From: Lama glama
Taxonomy: Eukaryota
Assembly (NCBI GenBank): GCA_028534125.1
Contig: CM052832.1
Span: 18,416,001-18,480,000, forward strand
Reading direction: 5' to 3'
Length of the DNA: 64,000 bases
The position numbers and the translations under genes were made by a program. Position 1 is the stretch's first letter, and each line of letters opens with the position of its first letter. Of this stretch, positions 51,598 to 64,000 are shown piece by piece. Below the pieces are notes generated by a model. That model saw nothing but the letters and a program-made list of their open reading frames with translations, was not told where the DNA came from and made no database searches.

Positions 51598-52995
51598 AGA
51601 TGTTGACTGCAGTAGGCTCCTTGGAGGAGTGTGGCAAGGCTAATTGGGGCAGGGAAACTCAACTAAGGTAGTTTGAAGCTAATAAAAGCAGGGAGGGAAG
51701 GCCTTCAGCTCCTTTTATAAGGGCTGAGATTCAAACTGGGATGGCTCAGTAGCAACCACAGTCTGAAATTCAAGAATCACAAAAAACACAAGTCCAAATA
51801 TCAGGAGTCAAGCAGAGACTGGATTAGAAAGAGCACAGATAAGAAGCAGGAAGAAAGGTTACAAGGTAGCCTCATGCGAAGATGTCAGAGTAACCAAAGT
51901 TCACATTTATGAAGCAGTGGCACCAAATGCTTAAGGAAAGTCTGATTTAACAGAACCCTTTAATGGGAACATGTCATTTGCTGAGGATCTCAATATACTC
52001 ATACTACCGGTGAGCATGTGTATTTCATTTAACTTGCCCAATAACCCCATGAGTTAAGCATTGTAACCCTTGCTTTATTAAAGTAGAAACCAATTCAAAG
52101 AAGTTAAGTGACTTGTTCAAGGCCACAGAAAACACTGGGAGGTGAAGGTGGGGTGACTTCATCTCTGCAGTCCCAGGAGCCTGCCTCTTTCTTTCACACC
52201 ATGCCACCTTCCTTTCAGGAAAAAGGCTTGTTGACTTTTTCATCTGTATGTGGAGGTCAAAGCAGAAAAAACACGGTGTCATCTTTTGAGATACTCATTC
52301 TACCTGTGAGAACTTGAAAATGAAGTTAAAAATTAAGCAGCGAAGCCAAACCTGGGCTCTCTGCTCTGAGAATGTAGGACTAAACCTGATGCAGTCTGCC
52401 TGCCATGTGACTCATTATTTATCTTTGTGGAATTGTGGAATTATGTGAACGGGAAGAAGAGATGAAAACTCCTTCTTTCTTCAAGGTAGCCTAATAGTCT
52501 AAGGCTTACAACTCTGGTTTAATGGTGAAGGTAAGTGCATTTCTTCTTTTTGGGTCGGAGGATAATTACTAATCAACCAATGATCCATTAAAGGGAGGGA
52601 ACAGTTTGAAGGGAAGTCAGAGGAAAAACATTATTAGAAGCCTAAGGCTCTCCATCTGAGAATGGTTTCTGGTTCCAAAACAAAGAAGACACTTTCTAAA
52701 AATGGTAATCGATTCAGTCAAGATTTGAAAGCAAGGCTTGAGAGGACACCAGTGCCAATGGACTCTGTGGACATTGGTCACCTCTTCAAGGATTCTGTGA
52801 GTCTTAACTGTGACACCTTGATGAGTTGGGCAGGCTGTGGAGTTGACTGTAGAATAAAAGACTGGATCAGAACTAACAAGATTTGAGATTGGGGACTGTG
52901 ACTAATGAGTCTTTTCAGATTTCTGTATATGGTTGAAATTGTCTCTCAGGAAGAGGAGAATAGGAACAAAATTGTGAGTAAGACTGAAGGCAAGA

Positions 52996-53320
52996 CTGAA
53001 ATGAACTTATTTACAAAACAAAAACATACTCACAGACATAGAAAACAAGATTATTGTTCCCAGGGGGTAAAGAGGGTGGGGAGGGATAAATTGGGAGTTC
53101 AAGATTTGCAGATACTAACTATTATATATAAATAGACAAGTTTCTACTGTGTAGCACAGAGAACTATATTCAACATCTTGTAGTAACCTATAATGAAAAA
53201 GAATATGAAAAGGAATATATGAATGTACATGTATGACTGAAACATTAAGCTGTACATAAGAAATTGACACAACTTTGTAAACTGACTATCCTTCAATAAC
53301 AAAATTTTTTTAAAAAATGG
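52996..53320 (+). mobile_element. L1 3'UTR (artiodactyl-type)
   Basis: atgaacttatttacaaaac...ctcacagacatagaaaaca...gggataaattgggagttcaagatttgcagatac...gtaacctataatgaaaaagaatatg. Confidence 0.82.
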
Positions 53321-56300
53321 AAGGCAAGGAAATTTGTACACTTGTAGAGATCACCTGGTTTATTGCCCTCCTTGAACAGCTGAGAAAAGGTGCCAGAGAG
53401 ACAGTGGTTACTACCTATTAGTGCTATGCTGGGAAGCCCTACAGGAAAAGACCTAGTGAAAGTGCCTTCTTCCAACCTGCCCAGGGGAAAAAAAATCTCA
53501 ATTCCACAGCACAGATGGACTCCTACTGGCCTGAAAGATAAAGCCTGAGGTTGTTGCTTGGAGGAAAGATGTACAGGGACTCCTGTGGATCTCCTGATGA
53601 GTGGAGCTGTGAGTTCCCTGTGAGCAGTGCCCAAGTTGCACTTGAATTTTGGCACAACCCTGCCTTCTAGGATTCCCCACTATTGGTGCTCAGTACCCGT
53701 TTTCTTTTTTTTTCTTCATGATTAAATTCATGTAAATTGACAGCATGATGTAAATGATCTACTAGAATAACCAACTTTACTCCAGAACTCCCAATCTTTC
53801 AAAAAAGTAAACAGGTGCTAAAAGAGGCCTCAGTTTTACAAACATGAAAGAAATTACTTCTTCCCATGTGCTTCAGTGTTTATAGCATCGAAGAGGCATC
53901 CCTTTCTCATTCATCTTCTGGATTCTAGTCACTTTTAAAAGGAGATGTTTAAAACCAATTTAACAAACAATCAAAAGAATATTTTTAGAAAGTTATTTCA
54001 TTTGCTGTAAACCTGTGTTTATTAATTTGAGAGGCTCAAGTGCCAATCTTGTGACTATTATTATTGCTGTGGTTAATAACATTTTACAGTGTATAATATT
54101 TTACATTGAGAAGGCATGTCTCACACCTTTGTTTTTGCTCACAACAATCCTGTGAAGTAATATTATTCCCGTTTTTCCTATGAAACAATTAAAATTCTGG
54201 GATCTTATGAAATCTGTTCTGCTTTACTCAGATTGTGAATGACGGAGAACTTGGTCCTTGGATACCCTTTGAACCACAGGTTCATGCTCTTTCAACCACA
54301 TGTAACATTTACTCTGAGTAAACTGGGACACTCGGCTAACAGAGGTGTTGCAAGACAGGATTAATATTAGGGGACATCTAAGAGCAATAGAAAGCCCATT
54401 ATAACAAAATAGTTCTAGACTAAAAATAATAGGAAAAATATTCTTTTGCTTATGCATAAATCATACTGTCTACATTATTCATTTTATAACAAATTCAACT
54501 CTATTTTGCATCATAAAATTATTTTTTTAACTTAGAATTTTCCTTTAACTTAATTTAATTTTTCTTTGTCTACTTACAGGTTTGACACTAGGGTTCACTA
54601 CTTTTTAGAACCGTCACTCTGGAGTAGGAAGGTCCTTGGCAATGTTTACAATTGGTCTAAGACTCATTCCACTGTCTCCAAGTGCTTATCAATTATTGCA
54701 GTCCTTAGACTCCATACTTTCATATGCTTCTGTGATTATCTTAGAAAAATAGTTTCCATTACTATGTCATAGAAGGACCCACATTAGAATGGTTTGGGAT
54801 GTCTGCCTGATTTCCGTATTTGTCTCATGCATAGGAAACAGGGAAATTAACAACTGAAATTAGCTAGTGAGGCAAAATTCAAAGTAGCATTTGAAACCAT
54901 AAAAACTAAGGTAGGGATGGCATCAGATGGAATGGGAAAGACAAATGAAGTGAGGGGTTTATGATATCATTCCACTAACAAAAAAAGCAAGAGAGAGTAG
55001 TCTTTTTTAATTTTGTTAATATTCAAATCTCAACTGGAGAGTATTTTTATCATCAAATTTCCATCTAGTATAAATGATTAAAATTTAATTTAAGATCATA
55101 GATAAGCAGCAAGGATATTACTGTACAGTGCAGGGAATTAGAGCCATTATTTTGTAATAACCTATATTGAAGTATAATCTGCAAAAATATTGAATCACTA
55201 TGTTGTACACCTGAAACTAATATATGTAAGTCAACTGTACTTCAATTTAAAAATTAATTTAAAATTATATAAATTCCTATATAGAATACCTCAAAATGAA
55301 GTTACCCTACGGTGCTTTAAGTTTGTGCTTAAAATATGAACATAAAGGGGAAGCAGTACTAACAGACAGAAAAAAGCAGCAGTCTGGTATCAGAGACCTG
55401 GTGCTGGCTCAGTAAACTCTGCGGCTTGGAGCAACTTTTCAAACTTTCTGCACACCGGTTTTCTCATCAATAAAACGAACAGTTAGGCCAGAGGGTCTCT
55501 GAGTCTCTTTCAGCTCTAGAATTAGTGTTTGTAAGTTTTGTTGGACAGATAGATGGGTAGGAAGGCTTTTAGTGGAATATAGGTACTTGTAGATGAATGC
55601 ACAGTGAAAAAATTGTCTTCAGCCAAGTCTTGGGATCTTACATAACAAGGGAGATCAAATAGAAAATGGTCCAAACTCTGGGTCAACTAGGTGTCCACTC
55701 CAGTCTCTTTAGCCGGAACCTGACTGTAGAGCCCTGAACTGAATTCCTGACAGCACCCAGCTGTTAGCAAGAGTGGAAAGCCTTCCAAAACAGAGCAAAA
55801 TCCAACCTGGTGCTGACTTTCTCTTGTAAGCAGTGGGCATCAATTCGGGTCCACTGTAGTTTTTTTAAAAAGTAAGTTTCAAAACTTAGCTGGAGTGAAC
55901 TTGTTCTCAGAATTCCAGAGACATTTGGCAGGGAGAAAACCATGCTGACTATGCAAATGAAGCCTAATTGTTGTTCTTTCAATGACACTTAGCTTCTTCT
56001 GTGTGTAAAGTGAGTAACTACAAATTGTTAAAAGAATCATGTGGTTAATACGGAAAATCCTAAGAAGTAACGTGGCCACCGAGTGTTCTGTAACTCAGAA
56101 ACAGCCATTGTGGAACTTGTGTGAATCTGGTTCTCCCTTCTTGGGTGTGCGTGTATCAGCACAGGCGTGGTGCCTGCTTTGTACATTACAGTACTGGCAT
56201 TTCCTCAGTATTATTCAACATCTTTGAAAACATTATTTTAATAAAGCCCATCATAAGAATCTATTAAATCTGACTCACCGAACCCTTACAGTTAAGTTAA

Positions 56301-56824
56301 TTTGTCTCTAATATGCTGTAATAACTAATACTGCAAAGAATTTTTTTTGGACAAAATCCTTCAACTGTCTCTTTCATCATGATTCTCCACCCTAAGATCA
56401 CAGATGATGATCGTTAAGGGTGAAGATAAATCTTGTTAAATTTATGTGCAGAAAGAATGCAAAGCTTTGAATGATGCAATGTAAGCACGATACGTGGGTT
56501 TGTGAAGTCACGGATGCTTTAGTTTAGGATGGCTGTGAAACTGACAATATTCTTGGGATAAGGATTGTTCCTAAAATAAATAAATGTATGTATCCCCCAA
56601 AGGGCATTTGATTGATGTACAGATATCAAATTAAACATGTCCTTTTGAGGTCATGAATTCTCTTCACTTGACAAGTAGCTGGATTTATTCATAATTGTAG
56701 TAGAAAGCACCCATTCAGTATGATTTTACTGGTGATTTGAAGAACTTTTTAGTCCAATAAAATGTCCAAATTGTGTTAGCAAAGGCAAGAATAAACATTT
56801 TTAATCATTAAATATTACACTAAT

Positions 56825-56860
56825 ACACACACACGCGCACACACACTCACACACACACAC
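56825..56860 (+). repeat. Imperfect (CA)n microsatellite
   Basis: acacacacacgcgcacacacactcacacacacacac. Confidence 0.9.
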
Positions 56861-57450
56861 GTGTTATGCAGTGCTGTTCTTCATGTTAAAAGAAGTCACC
56901 ATGCAACATTGTTCTGGTTCTACAGAAGGAACAGAAACATGGTCAGAATGAAAGACAGGGCTGTTTTGGAACTTCCCTCCTCAGCTCTCGAGCTTAATTT
57001 AACTTTCCTATCTTCTGACCTGTATCAAGCTGTAATATTCCTTACCTTTGCGTGGTTTTCTGTGGTTTGCATTTTCTCGTTCAATTCTACTACTCAGAAA
57101 GGAGACATTTTTAATGAACAGACAACAAAATGGATAATTAGAGAATCAAAATGACTAGCTCTAAGTCACTTAGCTGGGACTGACTTAGTGCCAGATTTTC
57201 TTATAAAAATCTAGCCCTCCATAAGCATAGCAATAAAGAAGGGTACTGCCAAATGTAAGTCATACAGCTGTGTTGGATCAAAACTCTCATTGATGCTGAG
57301 AGAGTTCAACATTAACAAGAGGAAATTATTTGAGTGTCATGTTTTGGATTGTTGTTCTCCTCCGTAGATAAAAGCCTGTCGTGGTAACAGAGATTCATGG
57401 CGGAGGGAATCTGCACTGCAAAGTGTGGTACCATTTCCCAGAAGAGCCAA

Positions 57451-57478
57451 ATGGATGAGCAACCTTCTATCAGGAAAG
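57451..57478 (+). CDS. SLC17A2: SLC17A2 first coding exon (CDS part; exon probably starts at 57368)
   Basis: ATG GAT GAG CAA CCT TCT ATC AGG AAA G|gtaagg (MDEQPSIRKG); in phase with next exon. Confidence 0.85.
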
Positions 57479-58717
57479 GTAAGGCTATGTCTCTTATTTG
57501 CAGGCTCCCTTATGGAAGAGTGGAAGCTTATTTCCAATCTTCTTCACACATTTTGCTTTCCTCTCCTTCTCCTTTTTCTATCAAGTCTCCCTGCTGTAGA
57601 GATTCTCTCAGTGTAACATGGGACCAGCTCCAGCCCCGTATCCTGTTACCTGTTGTTTTTTCCTTAGGGAGCCCCACTGAGTTATCTACGAGAAATTAAG
57701 TCAAATGATCAATAAATCCTGAGACATAAGGACTGGAATGAGTCCTGCAAAAGTCATTTTAAAGAAACCCCTAGCCTATGTATGAGTTCTTGCTATAATA
57801 TCTTTGCTATGTAGCTGGTTATTTCCTCTGAGCTTTGGAAACCTCCGGTAATAGGGAAATTATTCTTTTGCAAGCAATCAGTCCTATCCCTGAGCCTATT
57901 TGGTCATTAAAAATTATTTCTTCCATTATATTTTTTACCTAGTTTTTCACAGCTTCTCTCTGTTTCTCTTTAGTCCCAGTTCTTCCAAGTATATAAAAAA
58001 ATTTAATATATCAGTCACATAGGACTCCTTTCGATATTGACCCATTGTCCCACTTCGTGGGGACTTAAAAAAAAAAATGTGCTGCTCTTGTAATAGAGTG
58101 ACTACTCCTCCAGCACCATACCTACAAATAGTAAAAATGGTTCCCCATATTAAATTTTTCAAAATCTGAATATGCATAATAGCAGAGCCTAGTGACATAG
58201 AACAAAAAAATTTAGAAGTGAGCACTTAGGCACTAACTTTCAGGTACTTTAAAAGAAAATCTGTAGATGTTTGATTAGCTTAATTCAAAGACAGCCTCTA
58301 AGTATAAACTTCCAAGCTTTATGGTAAATGAATATGCAAAATAGATGGGACCACAGGCTTGCAGCTGGGAGACTGGGATTCTGTGACTGGCTCTTTCCCA
58401 AATTTGCCATTAACTTTGTTTTGGAACAATGTGACATAAATGCCTTCATTTACTGTTCCTTATATTTTCATCTGCTTCCCATATCCCTGAAAAAAGGCCA
58501 TATTTGTTTTATCTGATTGTAAGAGCCCAAATTTATTGTCTTGAAGCCAACTGAAGAATATGACAAAGGAGGGTTGTAGTCATGGCCATTTTGGTGAAAA
58601 AGGACAATGGGATTGCATGAGATCATCTGAAGTTTTTTTCAGATTTAGCAGTGAGAGAAATGGAAAGAGGTGATCTCAGTCAGGATTCTCATTGCAGACA
58701 TCTGTGTTGCTCTCCAG

Positions 58718-58929
58718 GTCCAGAGTTCTGTTCATTACGCTATGGACTGGCTCTCATCATGCATTTCTCAAACTTCACCATGATAACTCAGCGTGTGAGT
58801 CTGAGCATTGCAATCATTGCTATGGTGAACAGCACTCAGCAGCCTGGTTTATTCAATGCCTCCACAGAAAGACCTCTTGAATTCACCTTCAATCACTCCA
58901 ACAGATCCATCAAGGAATTTAATACAAGG
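58718..58929 (+). CDS. SLC17A2: SLC17A2 coding exon 2 (212 bp)
   Basis: ctccag|[51 protein letters not shown]...KEFNTR|gtaagt. Confidence 0.93.
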
Positions 58930-60384
58930 GTAAGTACAATGGGGAACAGGGATCTTTGTTGAGAGGGAAAACTTTAATTGAAAGGAAGACTTGGATCATG
59001 CTTCTGTGTCATATAAGAGCATGAATTTTCAATGACAAACTGAAAAGGACTGGAATTATTTTTCTTTGAGATATTCCTTACCTCTGTGAAATAGTCCTTC
59101 CCTGAGATTATTATGATTACAAGGTTGGGGGGGTACTATAGGAAAACATTGTGAACACATCTATAAAGTAACAGATTACTGGGTATCTTCAATGAAAAGC
59201 TAGGCACTCACTAAGCACACCCTCCTGCCTGATTCTATGCAGGTCTCTGTACTTTTTCATGGTCTTTGAGCCATTTTACAACTTTGGAAGTTCTATATAA
59301 TAAATATTAGTGCAAATGATTCTTGCTCATAGCTCTTCAAATGAATCTTGTCCTGTGGAAAAGCAACTGATACTCTTCTCCACTTGCCCTTCAGTTGAAT
59401 AAGCAAGTTTTGCCATATATTTAAAATCTATTTCAGCATTACTTCCTGCTTATAAATGTGTGGTTCTTTGAATTCTCCTTTGGGCCAGTTGTAACATTTT
59501 ACCAATTCTCCCGTTAATCAATGAGTTAAATAAAATCTTTATCACATGATCATTTTGTATTTGTATGAGAATCATGGTTATACCCCATTTAAATTTTTTC
59601 CTTTAAACTATCACTTACTGTACATTTCTAAAGTCATCCTTATGTTTTATGATGTTGTTACCTTGGAGCCAGTTTGTTTATAATGACCTCTCTGCCTCCA
59701 GTCTTTCTTCTATCATTCATTCTATATATTCACACTCCTGTGCTCAAGAATTCAGGATACTTTCAATTTGCCAACTCCTCTGTTGACATGCTGAACTCCT
59801 GGAATCTGGGCCCGCTTCTCAGCACACTCATATCTGCTATCAATGGCCCAGAGACAGTCTTTGCTCTGAGCAAGTCAGAGTCCCAGTTCGCTTCTGATCA
59901 CTGGGTCTCATTCCAAATGTTGCACCTCCACATTTGCTGTTTTCTTCAGTAGGAATGAATTCATCCTATTTCTCTTTATACAAATCATAGTCATTCTCCA
60001 AAGAATGGTTCAAGTGCTCATTCCTCTCTGTGACTTTCCCAAATTGTTCTTCCCTCTTTTCAAAGTCCCTGTTTTACTGCTATTCATCCTCAAACCTGAA
60101 TTCTGACATGAATCATATATTTTACAGTATTTATAGTAATTTTAGGTGGATAAAATATTTCCTATTTTACTTTTTTTTTTTTTGGCTCTTTACTTCAATT
60201 TATACCATGATGCCATGTATCTAGTGGGCTACCAAAAATTAGTATTGGGGTACATCAGAATTAAAATGTGATCTTATTAATGTTTAATATGTGTTTTAGG
60301 AATTCAATCCTGTTAGGGCAGCCCATGACTCCTAAACTTGATTTTAGGGACTGATTTTGATAAGAGTTTAGTAAAGATGTGTTT

Positions 60385-60387
<3 letters not shown>

Positions 60388-60443
<56 letters not shown>
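60388..60443 (+). repeat. (ATT)n microsatellite
   Basis: Perfect tta repeat run. Confidence 0.95.
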
Positions 60444-60827
60444 TTGAAATGAGAGTCAGTATGTCACCCAAATTTTACCAGAATCAAAACAGTTAAAGGA
60501 CACTCTTTCACAATAATTTCATTGAGATATGAACTCTCTCCCAGTGGCTCCTTTCATTTACATCTTCCTGTCATCTATTTATGTAATCATTTCTTTCTCT
60601 CTTTTATTCTTCATTTCCTCTCTTTTTTTTCTTTCTTTGAGAGGAGCAAATTAGGGATATAATTTGTTGTTTGGAAAAAGTGGAATACTTAAATTTGGTA
60701 AAAAAAAATAGAGAAAAACCATAATGATATTTTATTGGAGGGTCCCACCAACCCCAAGCAGCTCTGGCTATATGTTAGTTTTTCATGAAAGAACTTAGCA
60801 AAGAATTTCCCTTTTTCTTTTTTCCAG

Positions 60828-61061
60828 GCCTCTGTGTATGAATGGAGTCCAGAGACTCAGGGTATCATCTTTAGCTCCATCAACTATGGGATAATACTGA
60901 CTCTGATCCCAAGTGGCTATTTAGCGGGGATATTTGGTGCAAAACAGATGCTTGGTGCTGGCTTGCTGATCTCCTCCCTTCTCACCCTCTCTACACCATT
61001 GGCTGCCGACTTCGGAGTGATTTTGGTTATTGTGATTCGGACCATTCAGGGCATGGCCCAG
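60828..61061 (+). CDS. SLC17A2: SLC17A2 coding exon 3 (234 bp)
   Basis: ttccag|[45 protein letters not shown]...RTIQGMAQ|gtatcc; SLC17/MFS motif. Confidence 0.94.
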
Positions 61062-61153
61062 GTATCCAGCCACTTTCTCATTCTGTACAAGGTACAGGGT
61101 ACAAGTTCCTGAATTCTATTAGAGATCAAAGGTCTTAATGATTTTCATTTCAG

Positions 61154-61241
61154 GGAATGGCATGGACAGGTCAGTTTACAATTTGGGCAAAATGGGCTCC
61201 ACCACTTGAACGAAGCAAACTCACCAGCATTGCGGGATCAG
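61154..61241 (+). CDS. SLC17A2: SLC17A2 coding exon 4 (88 bp)
   Basis: tttcag|[36 protein letters not shown]|gtaagg. Confidence 0.94.
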
Positions 61242-61639
61242 GTAAGGATGTATGTATACATGAGTCACAACTTGGCAATCTGCTTCACCCTACCACATTT
61301 TTCCTTCTATACATGAGATGGTTTGGAGGACAGAGGAAAAAGTGCTACAGAAAAATTCAAAAATGTAAGTCACATAACCAATAAGAAAGATACATTTGTG
61401 CTGTAAAGCCACCAAGATTCAGAAGCAGAAAAGACCATCGTGAGCTAGCCAGAAAAGCATTGTAGGAAAAAGTTTAGAACTTTAAGAATTTGCATAAATG
61501 GAAAAAGATCAAATAAACTGTATAAACACCATTTTAGCAAAGATATACAAGTGAGAATTAAGGCTATCAGTGATATGGAGCTAAATCAGGCCGGAAAGTA
61601 GACTTGAAAGAGCCCAAATTATAACGAGCTCTTTACTAT

Positions 61640-61830
61640 TTTAGCTAATTTTCACAACACTCTTTAATATAAGTACTATTTTTAACTCTCATTTTATAAA
61701 GAAGGGAATTAAAGTAGACAGAGATAAAGTAAATTGCCCAGACACAAATAGCTAGCAGGGGGTAGAAGTGAGATTTGAGCCCAGGCAGTCTGGTCCCAGA
61801 GTGCACACTCTCAGTCCCCATGCTAGACTG
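61640..61830. mobile_element. MIR SINE (representative; similar MIRs near 6350, 7230, 31290, 38920, 42340-42680, 46450, 47120, 52010)
   Basis: ctcattttata...aagtaaattgcccagacacaaatagctag...gatttgagcccaggcagtctggtcccagag core MIR text. Confidence 0.75.
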
Positions 61831-63234
61831 TCCCTCTATCGTGTGTGATCATACTAAGGACTCCGCAACTTTGTCATTGCTACTTGTCCCAACTGATAGC
61901 ACTGAGAGTGTCTACTTGAAGAACAGAATGAGGTTCATCAAGCCTCTGACTCCCAGGTCTAATGCTCGGCTCCATCCTGTAGATGTCGTCTCTAAAGCAG
62001 CCCTCCTGCATTCTGGTTCCTTCCATTGTGGTTGTCACCATCTCTTCTATCTACAGATGCTCTCAGCTGGTCTTCTCTCTCCTCTAGCTTTGTTTCCTTC
62101 ATACTTCTCTTCCCATCAAAGCCAAGTTATCTTCTTAAAGCCCAGATGGGGTATTTTTGCCAGTCTGCTTGGGAATCTTCATTGTGTTCCTCCATGATTA
62201 CAGAAAAAGACTGACCTGCTTCCTGCATGGATATAAAGATGCTTTACCATTTGATCTCAACCTGCCTTTCCCCTCAGCAGCCCTCTGTAAGCAAGGCTCA
62301 GGTTGCGCTGCCTACAATCTGCACTTAACTGCTCTCTGACTCTATTTCTACTGACTCATTTGCCTGGAGGGTCTTCTGATCCCAGCTTCTTTTACCCAAA
62401 TTTCATCTGTCCTACTGCTTAGCTCATGTAAGCAATTTGTTTATTTTATCATCTGTTTTAATTTTATCCTTATGTATACTTTTATAGAAACTTGTAGTTT
62501 TACTATCATATTTGTATTTCACATCCCCTTTTTTTCAAAATTCATATTGGGGCCCATTGGAGGGGTCATAAAATCAATTTAGCAGGGTCAAAACCAGTAT
62601 TTAAAAATAAGGCACTAGAAAAGAAACTATTGGAGTGAATTACACATGGTAAGGCTGGATATTGATTCATGAAACTTTTGCTTGAGAGGTATGTGTGTGT
62701 GTGTACTTGTGGATATATTGTATTGCCATGTAAGATGCATTTCTTATTGTTGGTCTTTGTAAAATATGTTCAGACTCCAAAGTCTACATTGTATTACACT
62801 TATAATAGAGAATTTTGTTCGCACTTTTCTCTCCAACTGGACTGAAAGCTCCTTGAGGTCAAGGACTTTATCTTATTAATTTTTGTAAGAGTTTCCTTTT
62901 CTGTTGCCAATCTCACATTGCTCCTGCCAGAATGTAACTCTAACTACAAGGAAATACTGGTAGGCTATGTCTGCAGAGTTTCTATGACAGACTATTTGGA
63001 TTTGGTCAAATAGGTGTTAAAGAACCATTGAAGTGTCAGGAGACATCAATATCACTTATTAATTCTAATTACTTTATAGGACTTTACTGTGGGAGATCTG
63101 TGAGCTGAAAGAAAAATGCTTATTACCCAGTAATTCTAAGTCTGCCACCTCTCTGTTGGGACAATGTCCAGGGAAGCCACTCAGTCTCAGCCTTTGCTAT
63201 TTTCCTAAGTGTTCTTTCTCCCTCTTCTTTTCAG

Positions 63235-63321
63235 GGGTAGCATTTGGGTCCTTCATCATCCTCTGTGTTGGGGGACTAATCTCACAGGCCTTAGGCTGGC
63301 CTTTCATCTTCTACATCTTTG
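63235..63321 (+). CDS. SLC17A2: SLC17A2 coding exon 5 (87 bp); gene continues beyond window
   Basis: tttcag|GG GTA GCA; (G)[29 protein letters not shown]|gtgagt. Confidence 0.93.
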
Positions 63322-64000
63322 GTGAGTTACTTTCTCTTAAATCTTAACACCTTCACTTCCCAGGCGTTTGTTTTGATGCTTCCATTACCCACTGCCCACA
63401 TTCTTCCCATTTGAGAGAAAATGCTCTTTGTTAAATGGAAAATGAAGAAGAATGTTGAGGATTAGTAGATTTCTTATTCTAGTCTAGGAGATGATGATGT
63501 GCATGGTGCTGACTTCTGAGAAATCAGGAGGACAGCCTTACCCTCTCAGCCCAGGCATCTGCTATAGAATCTCTGCCACCACATCTGAAATCCCAGGTCA
63601 AGTTGTTCTCTGTGGTTAAGATGTCATAGCTGGTGATGCACATTTTCAATGTGTCTTCATATTTTATTGATTATTATTTCTGCCAAGATGCCTTTAATCT
63701 GTTCTCTACCAGGTGAATCTTACAAAGCTCACATTAAATATACCCTTCCCTACGGGGACCACCAAGGCTTATCCCATCAGAGCAAGGCTTGCTGTCCTCT
63801 AGGAGGCTTACTGATCATTTCTTCTCTAGGCTATGTTGTTGGTGTGTAATTATTTATTTCCCCCTTTCCCTCTCCACTAGACTGTAAAATAATTGAAGCA
63901 AGAAACCCATCCTATAATTTTTTAGTCACTTTGGCACTATTATAGTGCCAGACTTACAGCTTTACAAATAAAAGAATGGATAAATCCAGTGATTTTAGAG

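Noticed and set aside
56472..56480. TGATGCAAT (ATF4/CEBP amino-acid response core) about 1 kb before the SLC17A2 start
   Set aside because: A single 9-mer is expected by chance in a window this size; no supporting evidence.

Overview
Mammalian genomic DNA, most likely camelid (it carries a Vic-1-like tRNA-derived SINE), covering the edge of the major replication-dependent histone cluster (HIST1) and its neighbours, reversed relative to human chr6p22. Left to right: H1-2 (+), 500-N gap, H4 (H4C2 position, +), H4 (H4C1 position, -), H3.1 (H3C1 position, -), H1-1 (+), gap, an orphan CpG-rich promoter-like element near 30 kb, the complete 6-exon CDS of TRIM38 (-, 464 aa), gap, and the first five coding exons of SLC17A2 (+, runs off the window). 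All five histone genes have a 3' stem-loop and a histone downstream element. The rest is L1, L2, MIR, MaLR, ERV1 LTR and DNA-transposon relics. I found no clearly new biological system. The most interesting signals are decayed histone genes between the live ones: a clear internally deleted H3 pseudogene, a probable H2A/H2B divergent-pair relic that keeps the H2B octamer box, and weaker H4- and H3-like traces. Also notable are a near-identical tract between the two H4 genes, the absence of four expected histone genes (probably hidden in a gap), and the orphan promoter. Repeat family names and boundaries were recognised by eye and are approximate.
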